A stretch of DNA of 64,000 nucleotides from assembly GCA_965224245.1 (NCBI GenBank), contig OZ245046.1, positions 6,368,001 to 6,432,000 on the forward strand, given 5' to 3'. Positions 9,771 to 19,355 of the stretch are shown piece after piece. The stretch comes from Candidatus Eiseniibacteriota bacterium. GTDB lineage: Bacteria; Eisenbacteria; RBG-16-71-46; CAZAMP01. The notes under the pieces were generated by a model. The model was given only the letters and a program-made list of their open reading frames with translations. It did not search any database and was not told where the DNA came from. The translations under genes and the position numbers were made by a program. Within the stretch, counting starts at the first letter, position 1, and each line of letters opens with the position of its first letter.

Positions 9771-10478
9771 ATGTCACCGACCGGATCCGCCGCGACGGCT
9801 ACCGCCGCGATCGCCACCGCGCTGCTCTCGTTCCCCGGCCCCGTTGTTGCCGACGTGGGCTTGCGACCCAATCAGACCATCGACATTCACTTTCAGCCCC
9901 CCAGCTACATCGGCTGCTCGGAGGCCGCCGTCAGTGATGCGGCGCTCTCGTGCGGCACCCTGGACGACACGTACCGCGACCACGGCCCGAGCACCCCCAA
10001 CTTCGCCTGGGTGGTGGTCGGCGGGGTCGAGGACGGCACCGGGCCGGGTGCGCCGGGCGGCATCGGAGGGCTTCAGTTCGGGATCGACATCGACCCCGGC
10101 TTCGTCATCCGTGGCTGGACGCTCTGCACGGGAGGGGATGAGATCCCCGAGGTCGGCTGGCCGAAGTCCGGCCGCGGAAACGCCGTCACCTGGAGCGGCG
10201 GTTGCCGACTCGTCACTGACAATGGGGACGGACTGACACGAGTCGGCTTCCTCGTCCTGCAGGCGCTGGACGAGGCCATGATCCGGGTCACCGGGGATCC
10301 GCGAATCGGCTACGCTCTGGTGGTCGAGTGCGATGGTAGTCAGGGGGCTCTCTGCCGGGAGCTCCTCGGATACGGCGGGACCGACGGAGTCGGGCATTAC
10401 ACCGCGTGCGGGGATGCCTGCCTTGTCCGTGAACCGGCCCGGGAGACCAGCTGGGGGGCGCTCAGGGCGCTCTACTGA
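9771..10478 (+). CDS. Secreted Cys-rich protein with C-terminal TWG tail; paralog of 5911-6651
   Basis: RBS AGGAGG; signal peptide; ends REPARETSWGALRALY. Confidence 0.85.
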   Translation: MSPTGSAATATAAIATALLSFPGPVVADVGLRPNQTIDIHFQPPSYIGCSEAAVSDAALSCGTLDDTYRDHGPSTPNFAWVVVGGVEDGTGPGAPGGIGGLQFGIDIDPGFVIRGWTLCTGGDEIPEVGWPKSGRGNAVTWSGGCRLVTDNGDGLTRVGFLVLQALDEAMIRVTGDPRIGYALVVECDGSQGALCRELLGYGGTDGVGHYTACGDACLVREPARETSWGALRALY

Positions 10479-10577
10479 CGTCACCCGTGCCGCCGCCCCG
10501 ATGTGCGATACTCTCTTGCAGCGACGGTCCGACTCCGTTTCGACGACGCGCCATTCCACCTCACTGGGAGATCCAAC

Positions 10578-11237
10578 ATGCGCACCCTCGCTCTCGCCGC
10601 CGCGCTCACGATCATCGTCGCGGGCTCCGTCCGTGCCGGGAACCTGCTCGAGGATCCCAGTCTCGAGCTGGCCACGCCGGGTGGCCAGACCAGCAACTCG
10701 GCCTGGGTTCTCGACGTGAACTTCCCCGACGGCTCGGGCGGCGCCGCGCAGTTCCAGGATGCGTCGTGGGCGAGCTTCCCATCCGGCGAAGAGGGCATCG
10801 GGCTGTGGCTCCGTTCGTTCGAAGGAGGGCAGGAGCCCGGAGAGCCCCTCGCGGACGCCATCCTCTACCAGGATGTGCCCGCGACGGCGGGGGTCGAGTA
10901 CGAGGTCACCGCCATGTACAAGGAGGAGTCCTTCTACACCGCGAAGGCCACACTCCTCGGAATGCGGTTCTACTCGGCCGGTTTCGATCTGCTGGGAACC
11001 GAGCAGATCGACGTGGCCCTCGCGGATCCCGGCAACGGCACGTGGTCCGCATATGGCACGTCAGCGGTCGCACCCGCGGGAACCGCGATCGTCCGCGTGT
11101 TTGCCCAGATGGTCGACGGGCAGATATCGCCGAGCAATCCTCAGTCCGCGTTCTTCGATGCATTCGGCCTGTACACGCTGGGCACGACGCCGGTCGAGCG
11201 CCTGTCCTGGGGTGGCGTCAAGAACCGCCATCGGTAG
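10578..11237 (+). CDS. Secreted galactose-binding/CBM-like beta-sandwich protein with TWG tail
   Basis: Signal peptide MRTLALAAAL...VRA; GNLLEDPSLE...LYQDVPATAG...VAPAGTAIVRV...AFFD; ends TTPVERLSWGGVKNRHR. Confidence 0.8.
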   Translation: MRTLALAAALTIIVAGSVRAGNLLEDPSLELATPGGQTSNSAWVLDVNFPDGSGGAAQFQDASWASFPSGEEGIGLWLRSFEGGQEPGEPLADAILYQDVPATAGVEYEVTAMYKEESFYTAKATLLGMRFYSAGFDLLGTEQIDVALADPGNGTWSAYGTSAVAPAGTAIVRVFAQMVDGQISPSNPQSAFFDAFGLYTLGTTPVERLSWGGVKNRHR

Positions 11238-11308
11238 TCAGGGGTCCGGTGCGACGTGTGGGGTAGGTTCTCGGCACGGTCAGTCCGTCGACAACGGAGG
11301 AGGCGAGC

Positions 11309-12088
11309 ATGCTGCGCACCGTCGCCTTGCTGCTGACCCTGGCGGCGCTGAGCGTCGTTCCTCGGAGCGGTCTGGCTCAGAACCCAGCCGACGGCCAATC
11401 GACTCCAGTCGTCCTCACACACGAAGCAACGGTGCTGCTCCCGACGCGTGTGTTCCATCCACCGGACTTCGATCCGGAACGCGAGCATACGCTGATCGTG
11501 GGTTTTCACGGCTACGGGGCGTCTGCTCGGAGCTTCAGCGAGACGGCCCGGGCAATCGCCGACATGGGCTTCCTCGTCGCCCTGCCGGAATCTGCCTATC
11601 CGCTCATCGCGGGCGGCGAGCTGGGTTTCCAGTGGTTCCCCAGCATGGAGGGCGACGAGAGCAGCCAGCGCGTCGCGCATCTCCTGTTCTTCGACCACAT
11701 GCCGGGCATGCTCGCGGACCTGAAGGCTCGCTACTCGATCGATCGGGCCTACACCCTCGGTTTCTCCGAGGGTGCCGTGGCCGCAATGGGTACCGCCATC
11801 TTCAACCACGAGGACTTCGCCGGCTCCATCCAGTTCGGCCTGCCGCTGTTCTCGACCGACTGGCTGCCGGAGCAAACTCTACCGGCAGGAAGGAACGTCC
11901 GCCTGTTATTCCTGCATGGCCAGGAAGACGAGCGGGCTTCCGCCTCGATCTCGGAAGAGGCTCAGGCCTTCTTCCTGGAGGCGGGCTACGAAGCCACACT
12001 CCATGTGTTCGATGGTGGCCACACCGTCCCGCGGGATCAGCTCGACGTCGTGGCGGGTTGGATCCGGTCCCGGGAAGCGTCCGACTGA
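11309..12088 (+). CDS. Exported alpha/beta hydrolase (phospholipase/carboxylesterase type)
   Basis: FHGYG, GFSEG nucleophile elbow, LHGQED, FDGGH; signal peptide; RBS GGAGGAGG. Confidence 0.9.
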   Translation: MLRTVALLLTLAALSVVPRSGLAQNPADGQSTPVVLTHEATVLLPTRVFHPPDFDPEREHTLIVGFHGYGASARSFSETARAIADMGFLVALPESAYPLIAGGELGFQWFPSMEGDESSQRVAHLLFFDHMPGMLADLKARYSIDRAYTLGFSEGAVAAMGTAIFNHEDFAGSIQFGLPLFSTDWLPEQTLPAGRNVRLLFLHGQEDERASASISEEAQAFFLEAGYEATLHVFDGGHTVPRDQLDVVAGWIRSREASD

Positions 12089-12285
12089 CCTGATGCCATC
12101 GTCGAATGAACGTGCACACCCGGGTCAGGACCGGCGGGGGTCGTCGAGATGTCCAGATCTCTGCTGCCACCGGTGCTCAGTCGTACTCCGGAACCCGGCG
12201 GCCGGTTTGAGTAGGTGGCATGCTCGAGTGTACCTTGCTACCTCCCGTGCCCGAACCGCTCGTGCCCGACTCGGAGGATGTCCCG

Positions 12286-13221
12286 ATGAGCGCCCGTACG
12301 CCCGATTCCTGGCCCACCTTGCCACCGCTGGAGCAGTGGCAGGAGACTTTCGAGACGCTTCACCGATGGTCGCAGATCGTCGGCAAGATTCGCCTGGCCC
12401 ATACCCCGTGGACGAATCACTCGTGGCACGTCCCGCTGTATCTCACGACGCACGGCCTGACCACGTCGACGATCTACCACGGCAGACGCGCCTTCGAGAT
12501 CCACATGGATCTGCAGGAGCACTGCCTGCGCATCACCACGGCAGACGGTCCGAAGCGGAGCTTCCGTCTTCAGGGCACCTCGGTCGCCGACTTCTACGGC
12601 AAGACGATGGGTGCGCTGGCCGACCTCGGGATCGAGACGAGGATCTGGACGACACCGGTCGAGATCCCGGGTGACGTCGAGCGCTTTCCCGACGACACGC
12701 GGGCGGGCTACGACGTGGAAGTGGTCACGGCACTGTGGCAGGCGCTCCTGGACATCCAGCGGGTGTTCATGCAGTTTCGTGCGCGGTTCATCGGCAAGGT
12801 CAGTCCCGTGCACGTCTTCTGGGGCGCGTTCGACCTGGCCGTGACGCGCTTCTCCGGGCGGACCGCGCCGGAGCACCCCGGAGGTGCCCCGAACTGCCCG
12901 GACTGGGTGATGCGTGAGGCCTACTCGCACGAGGTGTCGAGCGCCGGCTTCTGGACAGGAGCGGGCTATGGGCAGCCGGCCTTCTACTCCTATGCCTATC
13001 CCGGGCCCGAGGGTTTCGCGGAGGCCCCGGTAAGGCCCGACGCCGCGCACTGGTTCGCCGACCTCGGGGAGTTCGTGCTGCCATACGAGGCGGTGCGCAC
13101 GGCCTCGGATCCCGAGGCGACCCTCATGGAGTTCCTGCAGTCGACCTATGAGGCCGCAGCCGATCGTGCGCGCTGGGATCGGGCCGCGCTCGAGCGTGAC
13201 GAGTTCGGGCCGGGCGACTGA
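12286..13221 (+). CDS. DUF5996 family protein
   Basis: W..T..TLH.W.QIVGKIRL...NHSWHVPLY, F.GK.SPVH.FWG.FDLAVTRFSGR.AP.HPGG, EAYSHEVSSAGFW, FLQSTYEAAA. Confidence 0.9.
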   Translation: MSARTPDSWPTLPPLEQWQETFETLHRWSQIVGKIRLAHTPWTNHSWHVPLYLTTHGLTTSTIYHGRRAFEIHMDLQEHCLRITTADGPKRSFRLQGTSVADFYGKTMGALADLGIETRIWTTPVEIPGDVERFPDDTRAGYDVEVVTALWQALLDIQRVFMQFRARFIGKVSPVHVFWGAFDLAVTRFSGRTAPEHPGGAPNCPDWVMREAYSHEVSSAGFWTGAGYGQPAFYSYAYPGPEGFAEAPVRPDAAHWFADLGEFVLPYEAVRTASDPEATLMEFLQSTYEAAADRARWDRAALERDEFGPGD

Positions 13222-13222
13222 C

Positions 13223-14224
13223 ATGCCCGTCGGCTGGCGTCCACGGACGAGAATGGTCGCGGCAGTGCTGCTGATGGCACTCGGAGTGTCGCTTCAGGCG
13301 TGCAGGCCCCGCGCGCCGGAGCAATGGTACGAGATCGTGTCGCAGTCGCCGGGGCCCGAGGTCACCGACGCGACGATGCGCCGGCGGATCGAGGAGAGCG
13401 GGCACCCGTGGAAGGTGCGCGATCGAGCGACCGGAATAGAGTTGGTTCTGGTGATGCCAGGCGAGTTCCTGATGGGATCGCCGGGAACGGAACCGGGCCG
13501 AAACGCGGATGAGGGACCCCAGCACCGCGTGCGGTTGACCACGGCGTTCTACCTGGGAGTGACGGAGGTGACCCAGGCGCAATGGCGGCGCATGATGGGG
13601 TCGAGCCAGGGCTTCTTCAGGGGCGACAGCAAGCCCGCCGACGGGTCCTGGCACGATCTGCGAGCCTTCCTCTCCAGGGCGAACGCAGACATCCCGGAAG
13701 GTGTGGAGCCACTTCGTGCGCCGACCGAGGCGGAATGGGAGTATGCGTGCCGGGCAGGAACGACCGGGCCATTCAGCTTCGAGGGGCCGATCAGTCATGC
13801 CCGGGTGAACTTCAATGACGGCGACGTCGAGAGCGCGTATGTGGACGGCAAGCTGAAGGTCGTGAACGGCAGGCTGGAGGTGGAATGGAAGACGCCCCCC
13901 TCACCCGAGTGTCGCATGACGACCGCGCCCGCTGGATCGCTGCCTCCGAATGCCTGGGGGTTGCACGAGATGCACGGCAACGTGTCGGAGTGGACCGCTG
14001 ACGCGTATGTCCCGGATGCCTACTCGGGCCGAGGTCCGGTGGCGGTGGACCCGATCCAGCGAGCCGTCGGGGACGAGGCTCGCACCCTGCGGGGCGGAGA
14101 CTGGTACAAGAGTGCGCGGTACAGCCGCTCCGCCGTACGCGACGCCGGGGGCACGCACGTCCGTAGCAACCGAATCGGCTTTCGCGTGGCGCGCACGCTC
14201 ACGTCGCGCGATGCGTCAGGGTAA
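13223..14224 (+). CDS. Formylglycine-generating enzyme/SUMF1 (CLec-fold) family lipoprotein
   Basis: LQAC lipobox; GEFLMGS, EGPQHRV, TEVTQAQW, PTEAEWEYACRAG, PNAWGLHEMHGNVSEW, RGGDW, IGFRVAR. Confidence 0.9.
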   Translation: MPVGWRPRTRMVAAVLLMALGVSLQACRPRAPEQWYEIVSQSPGPEVTDATMRRRIEESGHPWKVRDRATGIELVLVMPGEFLMGSPGTEPGRNADEGPQHRVRLTTAFYLGVTEVTQAQWRRMMGSSQGFFRGDSKPADGSWHDLRAFLSRANADIPEGVEPLRAPTEAEWEYACRAGTTGPFSFEGPISHARVNFNDGDVESAYVDGKLKVVNGRLEVEWKTPPSPECRMTTAPAGSLPPNAWGLHEMHGNVSEWTADAYVPDAYSGRGPVAVDPIQRAVGDEARTLRGGDWYKSARYSRSAVRDAGGTHVRSNRIGFRVARTLTSRDASG

Positions 14225-14246
14225 GCCGAGGAAGGAGCAGGAGCGA

Positions 14247-14591
14247 GTGTACATTCATCACATCACGACCTCGACGGAGGCCGAGGAAGCGGCGCGCACC
14301 GGACGCTACGTGCCCGAAGCGTTCGACGCTGACGGCTTCGTCCACTGTTCGACGCGCGACCAGGTGATCCGGGTCGCGAACTTCCTGTTCGCCGGCCGGA
14401 AGGATCTCGTCCTGTTGACGATCGATCGGGCGGCACTGACGAGTGAGGTTCGCGAGGAGAACTGCGAAGGCGGCGATGAGCTCTTCCCGCACGTCTACGG
14501 ACCGCTGCCATGGTCGGCCATCGTATCGGTCCACCCGTTTCCGTGCGGCGACGATGGAACGTTCACGCTGCCTATAGGGCTCGATGGCTGA
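14247..14591 (+). CDS. DUF952 family protein
   Basis: GTG start after AGGAG; IHHIT...GFVHCST..QV..VAN..F.G..DLVLL.ID...FPHVYGPL. Confidence 0.9.
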   Translation: MYIHHITTSTEAEEAARTGRYVPEAFDADGFVHCSTRDQVIRVANFLFAGRKDLVLLTIDRAALTSEVREENCEGGDELFPHVYGPLPWSAIVSVHPFPCGDDGTFTLPIGLDG

Positions 14592-14731
14592 CTCTCGTCG
14601 CCCGGGCCGATCATCCATCGACGTCACGGCATCGAGACCTCGAGCCGCCGGTCGTCGTGAACCCCTACCCCACCGAGCACGATCGACGTCCCCAGCTCGC
14701 GAGACGTGACCCCGCGCTCGGGCAGGAGGAG

Positions 14732-17296
14732 TCAGCGGATCGTGACCGTTCCCCCCTGGGGGTCGATGGTGACCCGTCGCGTGATGGAGACCGGCCCTGC
14801 CTCGTCGTAGTCCCCCGCCTCCACGGAGATGGTGGTGCCGTTGCCGGCCACGTCCAACGCGTCGGACACGTTGTCGAAGGGCGCCGACGCGGTGCCGTCT
14901 CCGGAGCCGGCGTAGTCCCCGTCCACGTAGACATACGGAAGCGGCTGGCTCACGAACATGCCGCGACCGTAGGTGGCCGCCACCAGCATCCCCGGGTCGT
15001 ACCAGAAGAGGTCGGACACCTCGACGTTCGCGGGTCCGTCGTGACCGGCGAACTCGGGCGTCACGTTCCAGTTCTCGCCCCCGTCCTCGGACGCGAAGAT
15101 GCCGAGGTCGGTTCCCACGTACACCCACGACGGCTGGTCGGGGTGGAGTGTGATCGTGTTCACGTGGATGACCGGTAGCGCGGTGGGCCAGAGTCCGGTG
15201 CGGTCCTCCCAGTGGAGGCCGGCGTCGGTGGTTCGCCACACCTGCTCGCCGTGGTATCCGCCGAACGTGACCCACACCTCCGACGGATTGGTGGGGTGGA
15301 TGGCGATGTCGGTGACGTACCGATCCGGCAACGAGGGATTGGTGTTGTCCCAGCGGATCCAGGTGCTCCCGCCGTTCGCGGTGGCCATCACCCGTCCGTT
15401 GTCGTAGCCGATCCACACCCGGCTGCCATCCGAAGGCGCGTAGGTCACCGCGCTGACGAGCTCGGAGTCGGGATAGACCGCGGTGAGCGGAGCCCACGAC
15501 GATCCCGCGGTCTGGGTCCGCCACAGGGACAGGCAGCCCACCATGAGCTCGTCGGAATCGTCTGGGTTCATGTCGAAGGGGGCGATGAACAGCGCGGTGC
15601 TGTCTCCATTCGCGTGACCGATCCCGGACCAGATGTTGGAGTACGTGTCCCCGCCGTTGGTGCTCTTCTCGAGCGTGGCGTAGACGTACTCCGCGTAGAT
15701 GATGTTGGGGTTGTCGGGGTTGACCACGCAGTCGCCCCCATCCCCGGTCTCCGCCTGGTACCAGTCGTTGAATCCGTCAAGAGGGCTGTAGCGGAGGTGG
15801 TCGTTGTCCTGCGTTCCCCCCACGATGACCGACCCATCCGGGCTCGCCGCGCCGTGGTAGAACTGGGTCACACCCAGATTCGAGGCCAGGTTCTCCCAGT
15901 TCGATGTCTGGGTCGTGGTCCACGGATCCGCGTTCCGCTGGATGCCGCCGTCGTTGCCGAAGTACACGGTGGTGCTGGTCGTGCCGTCGTACCCGATGGC
16001 CGGCACGATCGCGTGCTGATCGGCGTGGGCGGAGTTCCCGACGTGATACTGAGTCCAGTTGCTGATCCGGGTGATGTTCAGGCCGCCGTCCACCGAGCGC
16101 CAGAGATCGATTCCGCCGAGCAGGATCCGGCTCGAGTTCGACGGATCCACCCAGATGATGTTGTCGTAATTTCCCTGGCCGTTGAAGAGATCCGTGCCGG
16201 AGTACTGGAAGGCCCAGGACCAGCCCGCGTCGAGCGACTGGTAGATGCGGCCGGAGCCATCGTTGACCAGCGCGTAGGCGGTCCCGTCGGCGTGCATCGT
16301 GAACTCCACCCGCCCCTCGATGGCGGGGAGCTTGCCGAGGCCGCCCACCGAGAGGCTGTCCCAGGTCGCGCCGCCGTTCACGCTGCGGTAGCCGCCGCCG
16401 AAGGTTCCCACCAGCATGATGGACGGATTGCCGGGCTGGAGCTCGACATCGGTGACCGATCTCGTCGACGAGAAGATGGGAGTCCAGGACTGGCCCTGGT
16501 CGAACGACTCGCGCACCTCGAGGTGGGGCGTGCCGAGTCCGATCAGCACCCGCCCCTCGTCGGTGGGGTGGGCCACCACCCGGTTCACGTGCTCGAAGCC
16601 GAGTGTGGATGTGAGCTGCGTGTAGGGCCCGGCCGTCCCCGTGGTGGAGAGGAACACGCCGTTCCCGGGCGGCGCGCGCAGCGTGTATCCCTCGCCGGTG
16701 GCAACGTAGATCACGTTCGGATCCACGGCATCCCGCGCGAGCGAGGTCACGTTCAGGTTCGCCATGAAGTCGTCGATGGGGTACCAGCTTCCGCCGTGAT
16801 CGTCGGTCTCCCAGAGCCCTCCGGAGACCCCGCCCACCAGAATCTTCCCGTCGTCCGACCAGTCGGGGAGGATGGCCCGGATCCGTCCGCCGATGTTGCC
16901 CGGTCCGATCCATTCCCAGCTCCAGATGCCGGCATCCCGGTACTCGACACCTCGTGAACGCACCGTCTCCCTGGCCTCGATGAGAGCGTTGCGGGGGATC
17001 GTCCCGTCCGCATCGGTCCGCATCCGGCGTCGCCACTCGAGGGCCGCGTCCGCGTGGGTCGCGGAGACCGGCTCCCCGCGCCGGATCCGCGCCGCCCGCT
17101 CGCGGTGACGGGCCTCCTTCTCCGCGATGCTCCGGGCCATGCTCTCGGCGTTCACCATCAGGCCGGGGACCCGGCCCTCGTCGTCCGATGCGGGGCCGGT
17201 GTCGGTGGGCCGCGGCACCACGAGCACGATCGCGGCGAGCATCGCGACGCCGACGAGGATCGCCGACCCGGCCCGTGTCGTCGTCGTCCCCCTCAT
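14732..17296 (-). CDS. Secreted BNR/Asp-box (VPS10/glycosyl-hydrolase-like) double beta-propeller with C-terminal DUF1565-like module
   Basis: W.WIGPGNIGGRIRA, many S.DGG.(S/T)W Asp-boxes, HADQH, GNDGG, GGTQDN, GDGG, ATYGRG; start overlaps the upstream stop by 4 nt. Confidence 0.9.
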   Translation of the reverse strand: MRGTTTTRAGSAILVGVAMLAAIVLVVPRPTDTGPASDDEGRVPGLMVNAESMARSIAEKEARHRERAARIRRGEPVSATHADAALEWRRRMRTDADGTIPRNALIEARETVRSRGVEYRDAGIWSWEWIGPGNIGGRIRAILPDWSDDGKILVGGVSGGLWETDDHGGSWYPIDDFMANLNVTSLARDAVDPNVIYVATGEGYTLRAPPGNGVFLSTTGTAGPYTQLTSTLGFEHVNRVVAHPTDEGRVLIGLGTPHLEVRESFDQGQSWTPIFSSTRSVTDVELQPGNPSIMLVGTFGGGYRSVNGGATWDSLSVGGLGKLPAIEGRVEFTMHADGTAYALVNDGSGRIYQSLDAGWSWAFQYSGTDLFNGQGNYDNIIWVDPSNSSRILLGGIDLWRSVDGGLNITRISNWTQYHVGNSAHADQHAIVPAIGYDGTTSTTVYFGNDGGIQRNADPWTTTQTSNWENLASNLGVTQFYHGAASPDGSVIVGGTQDNDHLRYSPLDGFNDWYQAETGDGGDCVVNPDNPNIIYAEYVYATLEKSTNGGDTYSNIWSGIGHANGDSTALFIAPFDMNPDDSDELMVGCLSLWRTQTAGSSWAPLTAVYPDSELVSAVTYAPSDGSRVWIGYDNGRVMATANGGSTWIRWDNTNPSLPDRYVTDIAIHPTNPSEVWVTFGGYHGEQVWRTTDAGLHWEDRTGLWPTALPVIHVNTITLHPDQPSWVYVGTDLGIFASEDGGENWNVTPEFAGHDGPANVEVSDLFWYDPGMLVAATYGRGMFVSQPLPYVYVDGDYAGSGDGTASAPFDNVSDALDVAGNGTTISVEAGDYDEAGPVSITRRVTIDPQGGTVTIR

Positions 17297-19209
17297 TGCA
17301 AGTTCACCAGGACGAGCACGAGCCCGGTTCCGGTCTCCAGCCCGGTCATGGCCTTGCCGATGATCGCCCCGTGCGAGCGGTCATGGTCGACCGCGGCCAT
17401 GGCATGTCCCGGGAGGTCGGAGGTCGTGAGAAGGTCGCCCGGCACGATCGGGTGCGGGCCGGCGGTGGCCTTCACGTAGACGCGCCCGGTGAGCGCGACG
17501 TCCTGCCCCTCGCCGAGGCGGTCGCGCTGTCCCAGCGTGAGCCCCGCGTTGACACCGCCCGCTCCCGAGATCACGCCGGCCACGCGGCGGTCGTAGGCGA
17601 TCGCGCTCTCCACGAGCGAGCCCGGGGTACGGGGATCGATCACCACCACGGTGCCCGGGTCGAGAGGTGCGGGCGCCTCGATGGGGAACGGCTCGGCGAG
17701 ATCGGCGCCGCCGGTGATGTGGAGAACGTCGGTGGTGGTCTCGCCGCTGGTGCCGTTGAGCTGCACCCGCACGTTGCCCGCGGCGTCGAACGCCTGCACG
17801 AGACCGACGTCGGAATCGACGATCACCGATGGGATCCCGCTGGTCCGGAGAAGGTTGATGTCCCCCTTGGTGAAGATCCCCTGGGAGGCGCCCCCGGTGG
17901 GCTCGATGGCGGTGACGTGCATCGTCTGGGTCGCCGCATCCAGACGAATGCCGGGGGACCCGCCTCCATTTGCGTACAGCTCGATCCTGCCCTGCGCGTT
18001 CGGATCGGCCGTCTCGCCGAGCTGGAGCAGCCCCGTGTTGTCGAGGTATGCCCCCACGTACCCGTCGTCGTTGGTGACCTCGAGATCCCCGTTCATGAGG
18101 AGGGAGCGCTCGTCGAGGCCCAGGATCTCTAGCGGCGCATCGGGCGTCGAGGTCTGGATGCCGAGCCGCCAGCCCACGTTGAGCCCGCCCACGCCGTTGA
18201 TCTGTACGGCGCCCGCGTCGGTGTTGATGGTGCGCCCGAGGCCGGGGCCGCCCTGGTCGTAGGCCTCGTCGAGCGTGTTACCCGCCGAAGGTCCGCCGGT
18301 GTTGTCGGTCTCGAAGACGATGGAGCGAACCACCACCGGGGAGCTGGAAGCGTCGGCCCGCACCTTGACGTCGATCGTACCGGCCGATGCGAGGGATCCC
18401 GTCTCCACGATGTATGTCCACGGGCGAATGCCGCCGGCCCGGACATCGATGGTGGAGATCACACTGCCGTCGACCTCCACGGTCGCCGTGCCCGTTCCTC
18501 CCGCCGGCGGCACGCCACCGCCGTTGAACGACAGGATGATCCGCGAGTCTCGACCGCTCCAGCTCGCCGTCTCGGATGCGAAGTCGTAGTAGAAGTGACG
18601 AAGGGTGACGTCGGTCTCGCTGTCGACGATCTCGCTCAGGGCGCCGGACGTCAGCCCGACGACGCCGCCCTGGAGTCCCAGCGGCCCACTCATGTCGTCG
18701 CCGGCGCGCTCGACGTAGCCGTCCGCCCCCACGCCGCCGAGGTTGTCGGCGTCGAAGGCGCGGAACGCGTAGGGGCTGCTCTGTAACGGCGTTCGCGGGG
18801 TCAGCTCGGGCGCGCCGTCCACGGAGATGCCGAGGTAGAGCGTCGCGCCACTGAAGATCGAGGCCGGGATGGGGTTGATCGAGCCGAGCTCGATCGAGAA
18901 CACGCCCTGGCCCACACCGACGGCGGCGTGTGACTCCATCCACACGGCGGTGCCACCTCCAGAATCGGTGTAGATGCCGACGTCGAGCCCGACGGTGCCA
19001 TCCACGGGCGTTCCGAGGTCGTCGGTCAGGTAGCCCTGAAACGCGAGCACGCTCGGGACGACACGTGCGCCGGAGATCTCACCGGAGGTCGGAAGCTCGA
19101 AGCTCGGCGCACCCGGTGCGAGGTTGTCGTGATCGGAGGCAGTCGTCGGAGCCGGTAGACCGGACGAGACCAGCACGACCGCGGTGAGGACGAGGCGGAG
19201 ACTGTTCAT
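17293..19209 (-). CDS. Secreted tail-fibre-like protein with C-terminal peptidase-G2/intramolecular-chaperone-like domain
   Basis: Signal peptide; N-domain FQGYLTD..G.PVDG...GVFSIELG...LYLGISVDG.PELTPR...PYA; LGIQTSTP repeat; C-domain ADLAEPF...PGTVVVID...VAGVISG...VALTGRVYVK...GDLLTTS..PGHAM...IIGKAM; no Ig-CTD. Confidence 0.85.
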   Translation of the reverse strand: MNSLRLVLTAVVLVSSGLPAPTTASDHDNLAPGAPSFELPTSGEISGARVVPSVLAFQGYLTDDLGTPVDGTVGLDVGIYTDSGGGTAVWMESHAAVGVGQGVFSIELGSINPIPASIFSGATLYLGISVDGAPELTPRTPLQSSPYAFRAFDADNLGGVGADGYVERAGDDMSGPLGLQGGVVGLTSGALSEIVDSETDVTLRHFYYDFASETASWSGRDSRIILSFNGGGVPPAGGTGTATVEVDGSVISTIDVRAGGIRPWTYIVETGSLASAGTIDVKVRADASSSPVVVRSIVFETDNTGGPSAGNTLDEAYDQGGPGLGRTINTDAGAVQINGVGGLNVGWRLGIQTSTPDAPLEILGLDERSLLMNGDLEVTNDDGYVGAYLDNTGLLQLGETADPNAQGRIELYANGGGSPGIRLDAATQTMHVTAIEPTGGASQGIFTKGDINLLRTSGIPSVIVDSDVGLVQAFDAAGNVRVQLNGTSGETTTDVLHITGGADLAEPFPIEAPAPLDPGTVVVIDPRTPGSLVESAIAYDRRVAGVISGAGGVNAGLTLGQRDRLGEGQDVALTGRVYVKATAGPHPIVPGDLLTTSDLPGHAMAAVDHDRSHGAIIGKAMTGLETGTGLVLVLVNLQ

Positions 19210-19355
19210 TGGGTCGGTCCCTTTCGGTGCACGAGATCGATGATCGAGGATCCCGATCACGTGATGAATGCCGGTTCGTGTCTATGCGATTTCAGGAGGA
19301 TCCGTTCCCGGGGTTCCGGCGCAGCGCGCCACGCTCTGGAATGGCATGCCACGCA

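Noticed and set aside
14080-14224. FGE/CLec C-terminus as a diversity-generating retroelement variable region
   Set aside because: No reverse transcriptase or template repeat is visible in the window, and several variable-position codons (AAG, GTA, GGG, CGA) do not fit AAY-derived mutagenesis. A remote TR cannot be excluded.
15212-16957. Long antisense or alternate-frame ORFs (e.g. 15212-16957, 49502-51166, 56988-58421, 1720-3033)
   Set aside because: They are shadow ORFs of real genes caused by high GC3, with Arg/Pro/Gly-rich or mirror composition and no motifs.
17293-19209. Prophage (tail-fibre similarity)
   Set aside because: Both fibre-like genes have Sec signal peptides, and no capsid, terminase, baseplate or integrase genes are present.
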